From an uncultured Spirochaetaceae bacterium (GTDB taxonomy: Bacteria; Spirochaetota; Spirochaetia; JC444; Marispirochaetaceae), in contig CAZKQJ010000015.1 of the NCBI GenBank assembly GCA_964554875.1, positions 10,302-74,301 of the forward strand: a stretch of DNA of 64,000 nt. Direction: 5' to 3'. Shown one piece after another: positions 38,018 to 47,450 of the stretch; the first letter of the stretch is position 1, and each line of letters opens with the position of its first letter. The position numbers were made by a program, and so were the translations under genes. Below the pieces are notes generated by a model. The model made no database searches, was not told the origin of the DNA, and was given only the letters and a program-made list of their open reading frames with translations.

Positions 38018-38875
38018 ATGATCCCTTTAGGTGTTCCCGTTAAAGCTGTAATTAAATCCATTGGTTCCGGCCGCTGCATGCTGCTGGTTGAAGGGCGGGA
38101 GGTCCCGATGAATATATGGGAACTCCCTCCCAAAAGCAAACCCGGCGGTGAACTGGAAGTTACCGTGTACAACGATGCCAAAGAGAGTCTCAAGGCGACT
38201 GTTCTCAAACCCTTCGCAGGTCTGAATGAGTTTGCAGCTTTGAAGGTAAAAACCGTCAACGACTGGGGCGCTTTTCTGGAGTGGGGGATTCCCAAGGACC
38301 TTTTTCTGCCCAAAAGGGAACAGGCACGTCCGGTCCGCCCGGGAGAGAAACTCGTTGTTCGGGTCATTCTGGACCACGAACAAAAAGGGCTTATTGCGAC
38401 AAGCAAACTGGACGCCTATTTTAATTATCGCCCCGAAGAGATCAAACCCCAAGATCAGGCTGAACTGCTTGTTTTTGAGGAGATCAAAATCGGGTACGGA
38501 GTCGTGGTTGAAGGACAGTATCGGGGAATGATCTACAAAAACGAGGTATTCCAGAAAATCGAAACCGGTCAGCACCTGACGGGAACAGTCAAAAAGATCA
38601 GGGAAGACGGTAGAATCGACTGCAGCCTGAACCCGGTGGGTTTCAATGCCGCCATGGAAGCGGCCAAGGAGACCATCCTCTCTGCCCTGGAGGAACAGAG
38701 GGGTTTTCTACCCCTCCACGACAAAAGCTCCCCGGAAGATATTGCCTCCACCCTGAACATGAGCAAGAAGAACTTCAAGAAGGCATCGGGGATTCTCTTC
38801 AGGGAAGGAAAAATCAGCATCGAGGATCAGGGGATCCGACGGAAGAAGTATTCTCCTGGGGGAAGACGAGGCTGA
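38018..38875 (+). CDS. CvfB/YitL family S1 RNA-binding protein
   Basis: GAFLEWGIPKDLFLP, YRGMIYKNE, GFLPLHDKSSPEDI, MSKKNFKKA. Confidence 0.9.
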   Translation: MIPLGVPVKAVIKSIGSGRCMLLVEGREVPMNIWELPPKSKPGGELEVTVYNDAKESLKATVLKPFAGLNEFAALKVKTVNDWGAFLEWGIPKDLFLPKREQARPVRPGEKLVVRVILDHEQKGLIATSKLDAYFNYRPEEIKPQDQAELLVFEEIKIGYGVVVEGQYRGMIYKNEVFQKIETGQHLTGTVKKIREDGRIDCSLNPVGFNAAMEAAKETILSALEEQRGFLPLHDKSSPEDIASTLNMSKKNFKKASGILFREGKISIEDQGIRRKKYSPGGRRG

Positions 38876-39710
38876 AGCGCGTTCCCTGCGGACCGGACTG
38901 TACGCTGAGTTCCCCCTTCAGCTGTTGGGCGAGTATTTCTATCAGCAGAAGACCGAAGGATTGACGCGCTTTCAGTGGGTCAAAACCCACTCCGTCATCC
39001 CGGATTTCCAGCAGCTTTCTACCGCCATCCTTCAGGAATCTTACCCAGATGTTACCCTTTCCGCTGCCCGGAAAGGCGTACTTGAAACAATTGGTCAGTA
39101 TTTCATTGATAATTATCCCGCAGGGAATAACCTCGTCATCTTCAAGGGGCACGGGATCGATGGCGGAGTGTATCTGTATGTCCCTGGAAGCACTGACTCC
39201 GTGAATATTGCTTATCAGCTCATTCAGGTATTCATCGATTGAGAATTTCCTGGGGTCCCCGGTTTTGTACATCTGCTCATGAATCAGCGCCATGGAGTAA
39301 ATCCGTTTGTTCAGATCTTCCATCAATTCAGCCGGATCGTTATGGTCCTTCTGCAGATTAAGCTGGATCATGCTTTGGATCATCTGCATATTGTTCTTGA
39401 CCCGGTGGTGGACCTCCCGGACAAGAAGCTCTTTTTCCGCGAGGCGGTCCCGTGCCTCCCGTTCCCGTCCGGCAAGACTTACCAGAAGCCGCTCCTTGTA
39501 GACCGCGTAGGTCCGGACCAGAAGATAGACGAGAACGGTGGTAAGTACCACATATATCCAGCCCTTCAGTGTCTGGAACCTCCTGTAAAGCTCGATATCC
39601 TGGAAGATCATCGCCAGAAGAGAATCCGATAGAAGGATCCAGAGAAAACCGAACAGAAAGTAGATGCCCGCTATCAGAGCCGGGGCCCTGAAGAACCTAT
39701 TATTCGACAC
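38814..39710 (-). CDS. Orphan sensor histidine kinase (HisKA_2 family)
   Basis: Two N-terminal TM helices; EVHHRVKNNMQ, NEILTNCFKYAF, DDGVG, FGL. Confidence 0.88.
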   Translation of the reverse strand: MSNNRFFRAPALIAGIYFLFGFLWILLSDSLLAMIFQDIELYRRFQTLKGWIYVVLTTVLVYLLVRTYAVYKERLLVSLAGREREARDRLAEKELLVREVHHRVKNNMQMIQSMIQLNLQKDHNDPAELMEDLNKRIYSMALIHEQMYKTGDPRKFSIDEYLNELISNIHGVSASRDIQIHSAIDPVPLEDDEVIPCGIIINEILTNCFKYAFPGSGKGNIWVRFLKDGGRKLLEIRDDGVGFDPLKARQSFGLLLIEILAQQLKGELSVQSGPQGTRFSLVFPQENTSSVGSPDPRC

Positions 39711-39714
39711 TTTT

Positions 39715-40308
39715 TTACCTCATAAAAAAACTCGTTCCAGGAATGATATGATCCGCGGCCTTTTTTGGAACATCAGCTGCCGTATAGGAATCCTCCAGGG
39801 GAATCCACTCGGAATGCCACATACGCTGCTTCCATTCAGGGTCCCGCAGGGCTATGCGCCGCAAACGCTCCTCCGGGCTTATATCAATATAGATTCGAAG
39901 GTCATAATAATCCCGCAATTCCTTCCGAAGAGAAGATACCCCTTCGATAATCACTGTCCCGGAGAGGTCATACTCCACCGGCCCGGAATACTCACCGGCG
40001 GAACAGTCGAAATGACGGGTGACGGCCCGGGGATTCCCGGCCTGCCGAAGGATTTCCCCCTCCAGCCGCTCCCATTCAACATTTCCCATGGGGCAGTCTG
40101 TCATTCTGTGATGGGTACGCAGGGAAAAGGGAAGAAAGTAATCGTCCACATGGATCAGTTCGCCCTTCAGCCCCCGGGCCAGTTCCGCTCCGAGGGAGCT
40201 TTTTCCGGATGTCCCGATACCGTCGATGGCTATAAGGAAAGGCCGCTTTGTCCTGGGACCAAGAGGAGAAGGCAGGAGCCTTAGGGGTATGCCGGCAAAG
40301 TCAGTCAT
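39715..40308 (-). CDS. Uridine kinase-like P-loop kinase
   Basis: IAIDGIGTSGKS, IHVDDYF, IIEGV, YDLRIYID. Confidence 0.75.
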   Translation of the reverse strand: MTDFAGIPLRLLPSPLGPRTKRPFLIAIDGIGTSGKSSLGAELARGLKGELIHVDDYFLPFSLRTHHRMTDCPMGNVEWERLEGEILRQAGNPRAVTRHFDCSAGEYSGPVEYDLSGTVIIEGVSSLRKELRDYYDLRIYIDISPEERLRRIALRDPEWKQRMWHSEWIPLEDSYTAADVPKKAADHIIPGTSFFMR

Positions 40309-40404
40309 GGAACCTGTATACTCCGGTAAAAAGCATCTTGTAAAGCCTTATGAATTGTATATACTACAGCCAGAGTATGCAAATTCTCCCTTCCAGGAGC
40401 AGAC

Positions 40405-42057
40405 ATGGAACGTACATGGTGGAAAGAGGCTGTTGTCTACCAGATATATCCCAGAAGCTTTAAGGACAGCAATGGCGACGGAATCGGCGATCTTCAGGGA
40501 ATAATCGAGAAGCTGGATTACCTTTCTTATCTGGGGATCGATACCATCTGGCTGAATCCGGTTTACAAGTCTCCCAATGACGATAACGGATACGATATCA
40601 GCGACTACCGGGACATTATGGATGAGTTCGGCAGCATGGAGGATTTCGACGAGCTTCTGTCGGCAGTCCATCAGCGGGGCATGCGGCTCATAATGGACCT
40701 GGTGGTGAACCATACCTCCGATGAACATTCCTGGTTTCTCCGGAGTCGGGAGTCTCAGGATAATCCCTACCGGGATTACTATTTCTGGCGACCCGGGAAT
40801 GCCGGGGCCCCGCCGAACAACTGGCGCTCCTTTTTTGAAGGCCCCGCGTGGGAGTACGATGAAAAAACGTCCCAGTGGTACCTGCATCTCTTTACCCGCA
40901 AACAGCCTGATCTCAACTGGGACAACCCGAAGGTCCGCGACGAGGTTCGGGGAATAATGCGTTTCTGGCTGGAAAAGGGCGTGGACGGCTTTCGCATGGA
41001 TGTCATTAACCTGATCTCGAAACATCCCGGGCTGCCGGACGGCAGGGACAGCTCAAACCTTTTGGGACACGAACACTTTGCCAACGGTCCGAAAATCCAT
41101 GAATACCTCCGTTTTGTCAAGGAGAGTCTGGAAGGCCGCGACATAATGACCGTGGGCGAAACCGTAATCGCCGATCTTGACACCGTAGCAGGATATGTCG
41201 ACAGAGAAACAGGCAGCCTGGACATGGCCATCAACTTCGAGCATGTTACCCTGGATCGGGGAGTAGATTCCTTTGACCCCGTTCCCCTGGACTTAAAAGC
41301 TCTCAAGGAGTGCTTCTCCCGCTGGCAAAAGAAACTCGACGGCAGGGGCTGGAACTGCCTCTATATGAGTAACCACGATCAGCCCCGTCAGGTCTCCCGT
41401 TTCGGTGATGACGGGGTTTATCACCGGGAATCAGCGACCATGCTGGCAACACTGCTTCATACAATGCAGGGGACACCCTTTATCATGCAGGGGGAGGAGA
41501 TCGGCATGACGAACGTTGAATTCCCTTCCATAGAGGACTATCGCGACGTGGCAAGCCTCAACTATTATCGCGAGCGTCTGGCTGCAGGGGACAGTCCGGA
41601 ATCGGTACTGAAGAGGATCCGCCAGTGCAGCCGGGACAATGCCAGGACGCCGATGCAGTGGAGCAGTCAGGAGAATGCAGGTTTCAGCGAAACAGCTCCC
41701 TGGATCGGAATAAATCCGAATTTTCACTCCATCAACGTTAAACAGGAAGTCGAGGATCCCGAATCGATTCTGAACTATTATCGCAGACTTATCTCTCTGA
41801 GAAGAAAATACCCGGTTTTTGTTTACGGGAATTTCTCGGAGATCCGTCCGGAAGATCCCCAGGTATTTGCCTATCGACGAGAGTTCGAAGGAACAAAACT
41901 GCTGGCTGTCATGAACATGAGCGGCAAGGAGCGCAGGTTTGAACTCCCCGAAGAAAGCTCAGGCAGGCTCCTTATCGGCAACTACGGCGGAAGACAGCAC
42001 ATTACGGGAAGCCTCGCCCTGCGCCCCTACGAGGCCATGGTGCTTATCGCCGAATAA
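40405..42057 (+). CDS. malL: GH13 oligo-1,6-glucosidase / alpha-glucosidase
   Basis: YQIYPRSFKDSNGDGIGDL, DLVVNHTSDEH, DGFRMDVIN, VGE, NHDQPR, RDNARTPMQW. Confidence 0.93.
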   Translation: MERTWWKEAVVYQIYPRSFKDSNGDGIGDLQGIIEKLDYLSYLGIDTIWLNPVYKSPNDDNGYDISDYRDIMDEFGSMEDFDELLSAVHQRGMRLIMDLVVNHTSDEHSWFLRSRESQDNPYRDYYFWRPGNAGAPPNNWRSFFEGPAWEYDEKTSQWYLHLFTRKQPDLNWDNPKVRDEVRGIMRFWLEKGVDGFRMDVINLISKHPGLPDGRDSSNLLGHEHFANGPKIHEYLRFVKESLEGRDIMTVGETVIADLDTVAGYVDRETGSLDMAINFEHVTLDRGVDSFDPVPLDLKALKECFSRWQKKLDGRGWNCLYMSNHDQPRQVSRFGDDGVYHRESATMLATLLHTMQGTPFIMQGEEIGMTNVEFPSIEDYRDVASLNYYRERLAAGDSPESVLKRIRQCSRDNARTPMQWSSQENAGFSETAPWIGINPNFHSINVKQEVEDPESILNYYRRLISLRRKYPVFVYGNFSEIRPEDPQVFAYRREFEGTKLLAVMNMSGKERRFELPEESSGRLLIGNYGGRQHITGSLALRPYEAMVLIAE

Positions 42058-42137
42058 TGGCCGGAATCCCGAAAGCCTTTTCTTCACACGGGGAACCTTC
42101 GCCGGAGGGCTGCAAATATGCTACAATCCCCTGGTAA

Positions 42138-42896
42138 ATGAGTCGAAAGAGACGGGTCTCCCCGCAGAGCTATTCCCTCGCCCGGCTGCTGTCTAAACAG
42201 CCCAAAAGCCTGGCGAAACACCCCATGTATCTCCGGATGCTTCAATATTACAGGCTTTCAGCACGGCTCAGGACTCTGCGCTTCAGCCGACGCTGTTACT
42301 CTCTTCTCGACCGGGCGGTAATTTCACCGGAATATCTGGAGAATTTCTACCGGACCTACCGCCTGCCGAAGGACCCCTTTTTCCCCCTGTTCTTCACCAT
42401 AAAGCGGGACTACCTGAACCACCGAAACGAACTCAGGCGCCGCCGTGAAAGCTACATTTTAGCGCGAGTGCGGGAGCTGGATCCGCAGGTTCTGGGATTT
42501 ATCCGCTACCTGGGAAAAATGGAGCAGCAACTGAACGCCGCCGGAAGAACCCCGGTATGGGAGCGGACAATTTACCCGGGAAGCAAGAAACGGGCCGATG
42601 AATATCATCGCTGCAGCCTTGACCAGTGGATCGAAATATTTAAAACCTTTGGCGATGGCCTGCGGAAACGCTACCCCCGTAAAGCCCGGGAAGCGGACTG
42701 GGAACAGATCTTTGCCGCCTTCATTCTTGAGTGTCCGCCGGGGAACAGCGATTTCCGCCCCCCCGACGAGACGCTGGTAAAACGTCAGTACCGGAAACTG
42801 TCGAAACATCACCATCCTGATTCCGGCGGGAATCCGGAACATTTCAGACTCCTGAAACAGGCCCGGGATATCCTGATCGAGGGCTTCACACAGTGA
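42138..42896 (+). CDS. Hypothetical protein with a C-terminal J-domain
   Basis: VKRQYRKLSKHHHPDSGGNPEHFRLLKQARDIL (HPD motif). Confidence 0.8.
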   Translation: MSRKRRVSPQSYSLARLLSKQPKSLAKHPMYLRMLQYYRLSARLRTLRFSRRCYSLLDRAVISPEYLENFYRTYRLPKDPFFPLFFTIKRDYLNHRNELRRRRESYILARVRELDPQVLGFIRYLGKMEQQLNAAGRTPVWERTIYPGSKKRADEYHRCSLDQWIEIFKTFGDGLRKRYPRKAREADWEQIFAAFILECPPGNSDFRPPDETLVKRQYRKLSKHHHPDSGGNPEHFRLLKQARDILIEGFTQ

Positions 42897-43569
42897 AGAG
42901 CATCAGCGGGGAAGGACACAGACTGTCAATTACCGGCAGGTCCTTCGCTGAACAGTAGCCCCTGGAAATAAAATCCCGCTCCAGGCCCTTTTCCGTAAGG
43001 ATCTGCAGATGGGTGTGATGAAACCAGTTACCGTTTTCGTTAAAGTCCCCCACCCGCGCAAAGGCCTCTCCTGCCTTTAACGCTTCACCCCGGGGAGGCA
43101 GGGATGCAAGGGCAAGATGTCCGTAGAGACTGTAGAAGGTCTGAAAACGATCAGAGGAGTGCCGGAGCAGAACGAAGCCGCCGTAGTTGCCTTCCCCCTC
43201 TTCATAGCCCTGGATTTCAACCACTGAATCCAGCGGAGCATGCAGGACCGTTCCGGCTGGAACGATAATGTCCAGTCCAAGATGAAAGAATCGCCCTTCC
43301 CGCCGCATCTGGGGACAGGAGGAGAGAAGTTTTCGCCGGTCCTCCATGTAGGATGCGAGTCCCCAGGAGCAGGACCCGGACATCTGATCATCGATGATGC
43401 TCTGGTAACGCCTCTGGTCCCGGGGATCGACCCCATCAAAGAGGCTGCTCTCGCTGGACAAATCCAGAAGACAGGGTTCTCCCCGAAGGCCGGAAACAAG
43501 AGGGAAGCGTTTGACCTTTTTTCCGTAGAAGATATAGGGGTATCTCAGTTTTGTTGCCTGGTCCGTCAT
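42886..43569 (-). CDS. M23 family metallopeptidase without a signal peptide
   Basis: HLGLD (HxxxD), YGHL, HTH (HxH), ENGNW; ATGA overlap with the KamA-like gene. Confidence 0.85.
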   Translation of the reverse strand: MTDQATKLRYPYIFYGKKVKRFPLVSGLRGEPCLLDLSSESSLFDGVDPRDQRRYQSIIDDQMSGSCSWGLASYMEDRRKLLSSCPQMRREGRFFHLGLDIIVPAGTVLHAPLDSVVEIQGYEEGEGNYGGFVLLRHSSDRFQTFYSLYGHLALASLPPRGEALKAGEAFARVGDFNENGNWFHHTHLQILTEKGLERDFISRGYCSAKDLPVIDSLCPSPLMLFTV

Positions 43570-46022
43570 ATGGGGAACGCCGTGGAGCTGACAAGGCCGG
43601 AAACAGGAATTACAGGTTTTCCGTCCTCTCCGATTTCAACATTTTCCGGGAGCTGATACTCCGGATACATATCCCTGAAATAGGGCAGACTGTAGCTGTC
43701 GAGTTTTACCCGGATTCCATCATCACCGTGGATAAACGACGAGGTAAGTCCGTAATATACCTCTCCCAGAGGGGTCTGTAGTATGTAGCGGGGGCCTTCC
43801 CGGCCGCTTCCCTCTCTGCGGATTTTGGAAGCGATATCGATTACGTCATACATATCTACTGGATGTTCCCTGTTCCACTCCCGCTGCACAGGATGGCCGG
43901 CCACATACAGGTGATGAAACTCGATTCCCGCTTTACGGTAGGCAAAGGTAAGTCCGCATATCTCGTCGGGAAAGTCGTTTATTTTCCCCAGCAGCGGGGT
44001 ATTGGCATACACGGTGATTCCCCGGTTTGTCAGACGGCGGGTGAGCCGAGCGTGTTCATCGCTAAGCTGTTGGGCGTTAAGAAACCAGGTTTCTATTTCC
44101 AGGCGCAGAGGGTCGGATACCCCAAGACGGTTCATTTCCGCCAAAGAGGAAACGAGAGCCCTGGTAAAAACTTCAGGGGCAGAGGCGAATTCACTGCTCC
44201 GAATCCGCAGTGCGTTTACATGACCGATTTTGCGGAGTTCCCCGGCTATCCTTCTGAGACGGTAGAGGGCCTCGCGGATCCCCGATTCAGGACGGACAAG
44301 TACATCACTTATGGCAGGATTCCCACGGATATATTCGAATTCTGCTGCGCCCGCAGTACAGTCGATCTCTACCCTGGTTTCATGAACCCGGTCCAGGCCC
44401 CGGATACCGGTGGGAACGATGGACTCACCCCGAATCAGGGAATGAAGGGAAGGCCCCTTCAGGGTATCCGGGACATCCAGGGGTACGGAAACATGCTGTA
44501 TCCGTAAGGGGCGGGAGCCCAGAAAGTAGGCATCCTTGCCCATTTTTGCCATATACTGAATGTCCAGTGTGCCCTCCGGGTTTACCCGGATATTCGGCAG
44601 CTCTGTTGCCAGGGGGGCGAAGGATTTAAAATAATCCGGAGTATAGGGAGTCCTTATCCAGATAAAGTTCTCCTCCCCCTCCACGGGCTCCACCGCCCAT
44701 CCGCTGGTGTACCATTCCATCTTCCCGATGGGGGTGGCGGTACAGATTTTCGGTACGCTTCGGTCGGAGAGGTGAGCCCTGAGATACTCGGCCACATCGA
44801 TTCCATCAGAAAGGGGAGACCAGTAGACGCTGTTTCCGTGAATCGGACTGCAGGGAATATAGATATAGTGCATCTCCGCACCGGCACCCCGCAGCAGCTT
44901 GAAGAGCCGTACCAGTTCCGGCCCCTGATCGTTGCAGTCTTTCAGGAAGGGAGTCTGAATGTAAACGGCAATACCCGATTTTACAAGCTCCGTTATGATC
45001 TCCAGACTCACCGGAGAGACCTCGTCGGGATGAATAAAATGGGTGGCGATCTCCATCCGCTTGCCGTGAAGCTGTAGTTCGTAGTTCTTGTGCTTCAGGA
45101 ACCTCATCCAGGATTCATCCTTCCGGAGGAAAAGATCGGGATAATAGGCCACCGAGCGGGTTGCAAGGCGAAGAGTCTGTACATGATCGATGGTCATCAG
45201 TCCGTCGATGGTGGCCTCCATGTTGCGACGGCTCAGAAAAGGGTCTCCCCCGGTAATAACGATCTCCTTTATATCGGGAGAACAACGGACATGCTCTATG
45301 GCCTTTTCGACATCCTCTACCGTGGGATTGACTTCGTTTCGGGATTCCTTGTGTTTGCGGAAGCAGAACCGGCAATAGACCGGACAGCTCATGTTCAGCA
45401 GATAGATTACCCGGTTCTGGTACATCTGCTCCAGAAGCCCCTGGTGGAACTGGCCGATCCAGGTGTTGGCGTGGCCCACCGGATCAAGTTCCTCAACGAA
45501 GGGCATATATTGATAGGCAACATCCGGCGAAAGCATCATCTGTCGCACTGTATGATATGACAGACGCACCGGGTACATATCGATCACCTTCTGCAGGTCA
45601 CCGCGCTGATCCCCGGGGACTTCAAGGTTGGTCAGATCCACCAGGCTTTCCACGTCTTTTACGGATACATAGCCGTGTTGAGGAATACAGACCTCGAGCA
45701 AAGCAAGCAGATAAAGATAGGGAAGAACGATACCGTTCACTCCGGGATTCTTCGGTTTAGAACCGTCAAAGACCGGAGAAAGGGCATTGAAGAACCCCGC
45801 AGGATTATTCCTGTAGCCGCAAGCTTCCAGCAGCCTGTCAAATTTTTCAACCCCGCTGCCCGTCCCCGTGATCCGGAGAAACTCCTGACCCGCAAGATCA
45901 AAGGTGGCAAAGTGTTCAAGAAACTCCCTGCTTTTGTTCGTCAAAGCATCTACAGGTATATTCAGCTCCCTGCCTGAGTTCTTTAATATGATTCTCACCT
46001 CATCCGTTCCGCTCTTCACCAT
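43566..46022 (-). CDS. KamA-family radical SAM aminomutase-like protein with an internally duplicated, degenerate second domain
   Basis: CPVYCRFCFRKH, ITGGDP, LRLATR, THFIHPDE, QTPFL, TPIGK. The second half repeats the fold without these catalytic residues. Confidence 0.88.
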   Translation of the reverse strand: MVKSGTDEVRIILKNSGRELNIPVDALTNKSREFLEHFATFDLAGQEFLRITGTGSGVEKFDRLLEACGYRNNPAGFFNALSPVFDGSKPKNPGVNGIVLPYLYLLALLEVCIPQHGYVSVKDVESLVDLTNLEVPGDQRGDLQKVIDMYPVRLSYHTVRQMMLSPDVAYQYMPFVEELDPVGHANTWIGQFHQGLLEQMYQNRVIYLLNMSCPVYCRFCFRKHKESRNEVNPTVEDVEKAIEHVRCSPDIKEIVITGGDPFLSRRNMEATIDGLMTIDHVQTLRLATRSVAYYPDLFLRKDESWMRFLKHKNYELQLHGKRMEIATHFIHPDEVSPVSLEIITELVKSGIAVYIQTPFLKDCNDQGPELVRLFKLLRGAGAEMHYIYIPCSPIHGNSVYWSPLSDGIDVAEYLRAHLSDRSVPKICTATPIGKMEWYTSGWAVEPVEGEENFIWIRTPYTPDYFKSFAPLATELPNIRVNPEGTLDIQYMAKMGKDAYFLGSRPLRIQHVSVPLDVPDTLKGPSLHSLIRGESIVPTGIRGLDRVHETRVEIDCTAGAAEFEYIRGNPAISDVLVRPESGIREALYRLRRIAGELRKIGHVNALRIRSSEFASAPEVFTRALVSSLAEMNRLGVSDPLRLEIETWFLNAQQLSDEHARLTRRLTNRGITVYANTPLLGKINDFPDEICGLTFAYRKAGIEFHHLYVAGHPVQREWNREHPVDMYDVIDIASKIRREGSGREGPRYILQTPLGEVYYGLTSSFIHGDDGIRVKLDSYSLPYFRDMYPEYQLPENVEIGEDGKPVIPVSGLVSSTAFPI

Positions 46023-46220
46023 ACACAGAAATCCTTTTGATGTTTTCAGGACCCAGTATACGGTATGTCCAGGGGGATAACAAGGAAAGGAATTACCAAC
46101 TGTGCCGAAGGTGGGTCATGACCGGCAATTTCACGGTCAACGGCATTCGAACGAACAGCAGGAAACTCGAACCGGTGATTTTTCAGGAGACCGGTGTTAT
46201 AATAAGGATGGAGTTGAATA

Positions 46221-47306
46221 ATGCAATCACAAACCTCATTATTTCAAATACCTTTATTTCTTTGTATTTTGATTCTTTCAGCAATTCCGGTGCATTCCGA
46301 AGACACTGTTCACCAGGATTGGCATCGTTTCATGTTGTGCGGCAACAGTATTGTTATTCCTGATTGGGGAGCCTCGTCTGTCCTTGAGTCCGACGATATT
46401 TTTTTACCCTCCCGGTACGGAGCGGAAAAGGCCCTGGACGGGGATACTGCCACATCATGGGTAGAGGGAGTCCCGGGTCCCGGCATTGGAGAGAGTTATA
46501 CCCTGGCACTGCCATCATTACCCGAAGCTCTGGGATTTCACAACGGGTATGCGAAGAACAGCGATCTTTTTGGTTGGAACCATCGGGTAAAAACGATGAA
46601 TGTCAGCATATATGCCGCTGTAACGGTCGACGCCCTGAGCACCGAACGAGCCATAATCTATGATGCGCAAATCATATCAGAGATGCACACGATTCACCTG
46701 ACCGATACAATGGCCGCCCAGAGGGTCCCGCTGCCGTTTTCCAGGACGATGCTTATCGAAAAGATGAAGGCTTTCCGTGAATCCGAAGCCATTGAATCCT
46801 GGAGATTCCCTGTGGCTACTGAGAATGGGGCCAATGCGGAGTCGGGGCTTTCATACGATTTCAGATACCTGATTCACCTGGAAATCGCGGATATCTACCC
46901 CGGAACACGCTGGGAAGATACCTGTATCGCCGAATTGTGGGCCGATTACGGCGACGCTGTCGGGGTCAGGGAATCCGAGAACATGCGGTCCCTCGTTATT
47001 ACCAAAGCAGATAACGAAGAAATCATCGTATACAGCCCCTTCGAGTACCTTGTAACGCTGCTTGAAACAAACAGCTCCAATGAATGGGCCCTCGTAATCC
47101 TCGAACCCTATTATCATGACGGCGGCAGGATCGAGACCAGGTATGCTGTGATTCACCTTCCAACAGGCCGTGATTTGAGCGGAAAGACACTGTCCAATGT
47201 ACTTCCCGTTGGATTCATGGAAGATGGACCTGATACCTATCTGAAACATGAAAACGGCGTTTCAGGAAAAGGCGGCCGAATTCCCTGCAGGCTCTACCAC
47301 GACTGA
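46221..47306 (+). CDS. Secreted protein with a discoidin/NADase-type glycan-binding-like domain
   Basis: Signal peptide; YGAEKALDGDTATSWVEG, GFHNGYAK, NHRVK, IYPGTRWEDTCIAEL. Confidence 0.65.
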   Translation: MQSQTSLFQIPLFLCILILSAIPVHSEDTVHQDWHRFMLCGNSIVIPDWGASSVLESDDIFLPSRYGAEKALDGDTATSWVEGVPGPGIGESYTLALPSLPEALGFHNGYAKNSDLFGWNHRVKTMNVSIYAAVTVDALSTERAIIYDAQIISEMHTIHLTDTMAAQRVPLPFSRTMLIEKMKAFRESEAIESWRFPVATENGANAESGLSYDFRYLIHLEIADIYPGTRWEDTCIAELWADYGDAVGVRESENMRSLVITKADNEEIIVYSPFEYLVTLLETNSSNEWALVILEPYYHDGGRIETRYAVIHLPTGRDLSGKTLSNVLPVGFMEDGPDTYLKHENGVSGKGGRIPCRLYHD

Positions 47307-47450
47307 CAGTGAACGGTGCAGCAGAATAGAATAATCATCATATGAAACGCAGATTTCTGGTCCCCTGGTTCTCCTTCGAGCAGTATCAGAATCATGATCT
47401 TCTTGTTCTGTTCCACCATGCCGTAAAAATATGCTATTCTGAATCAGAAA

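Noticed and set aside
43566-46022. Calling the radical SAM gene kamA or epmB
   Set aside because: It is twice the normal length, lacks the C-terminal zinc cysteines and PGGGGK of KamA, and has no kamDE, ablB, efp or epmA neighbours.
46050-46115. Lysine-riboswitch-like fragments (AGTA...GAAAGG...TGCCGAAG) near the KamA-like gene
   Set aside because: No AGAGG-GC P1 or closing elements were found, and the fragments lie on the strand opposite the KamA-like gene. An Infernal search with the Rfam Lysine model would settle it.
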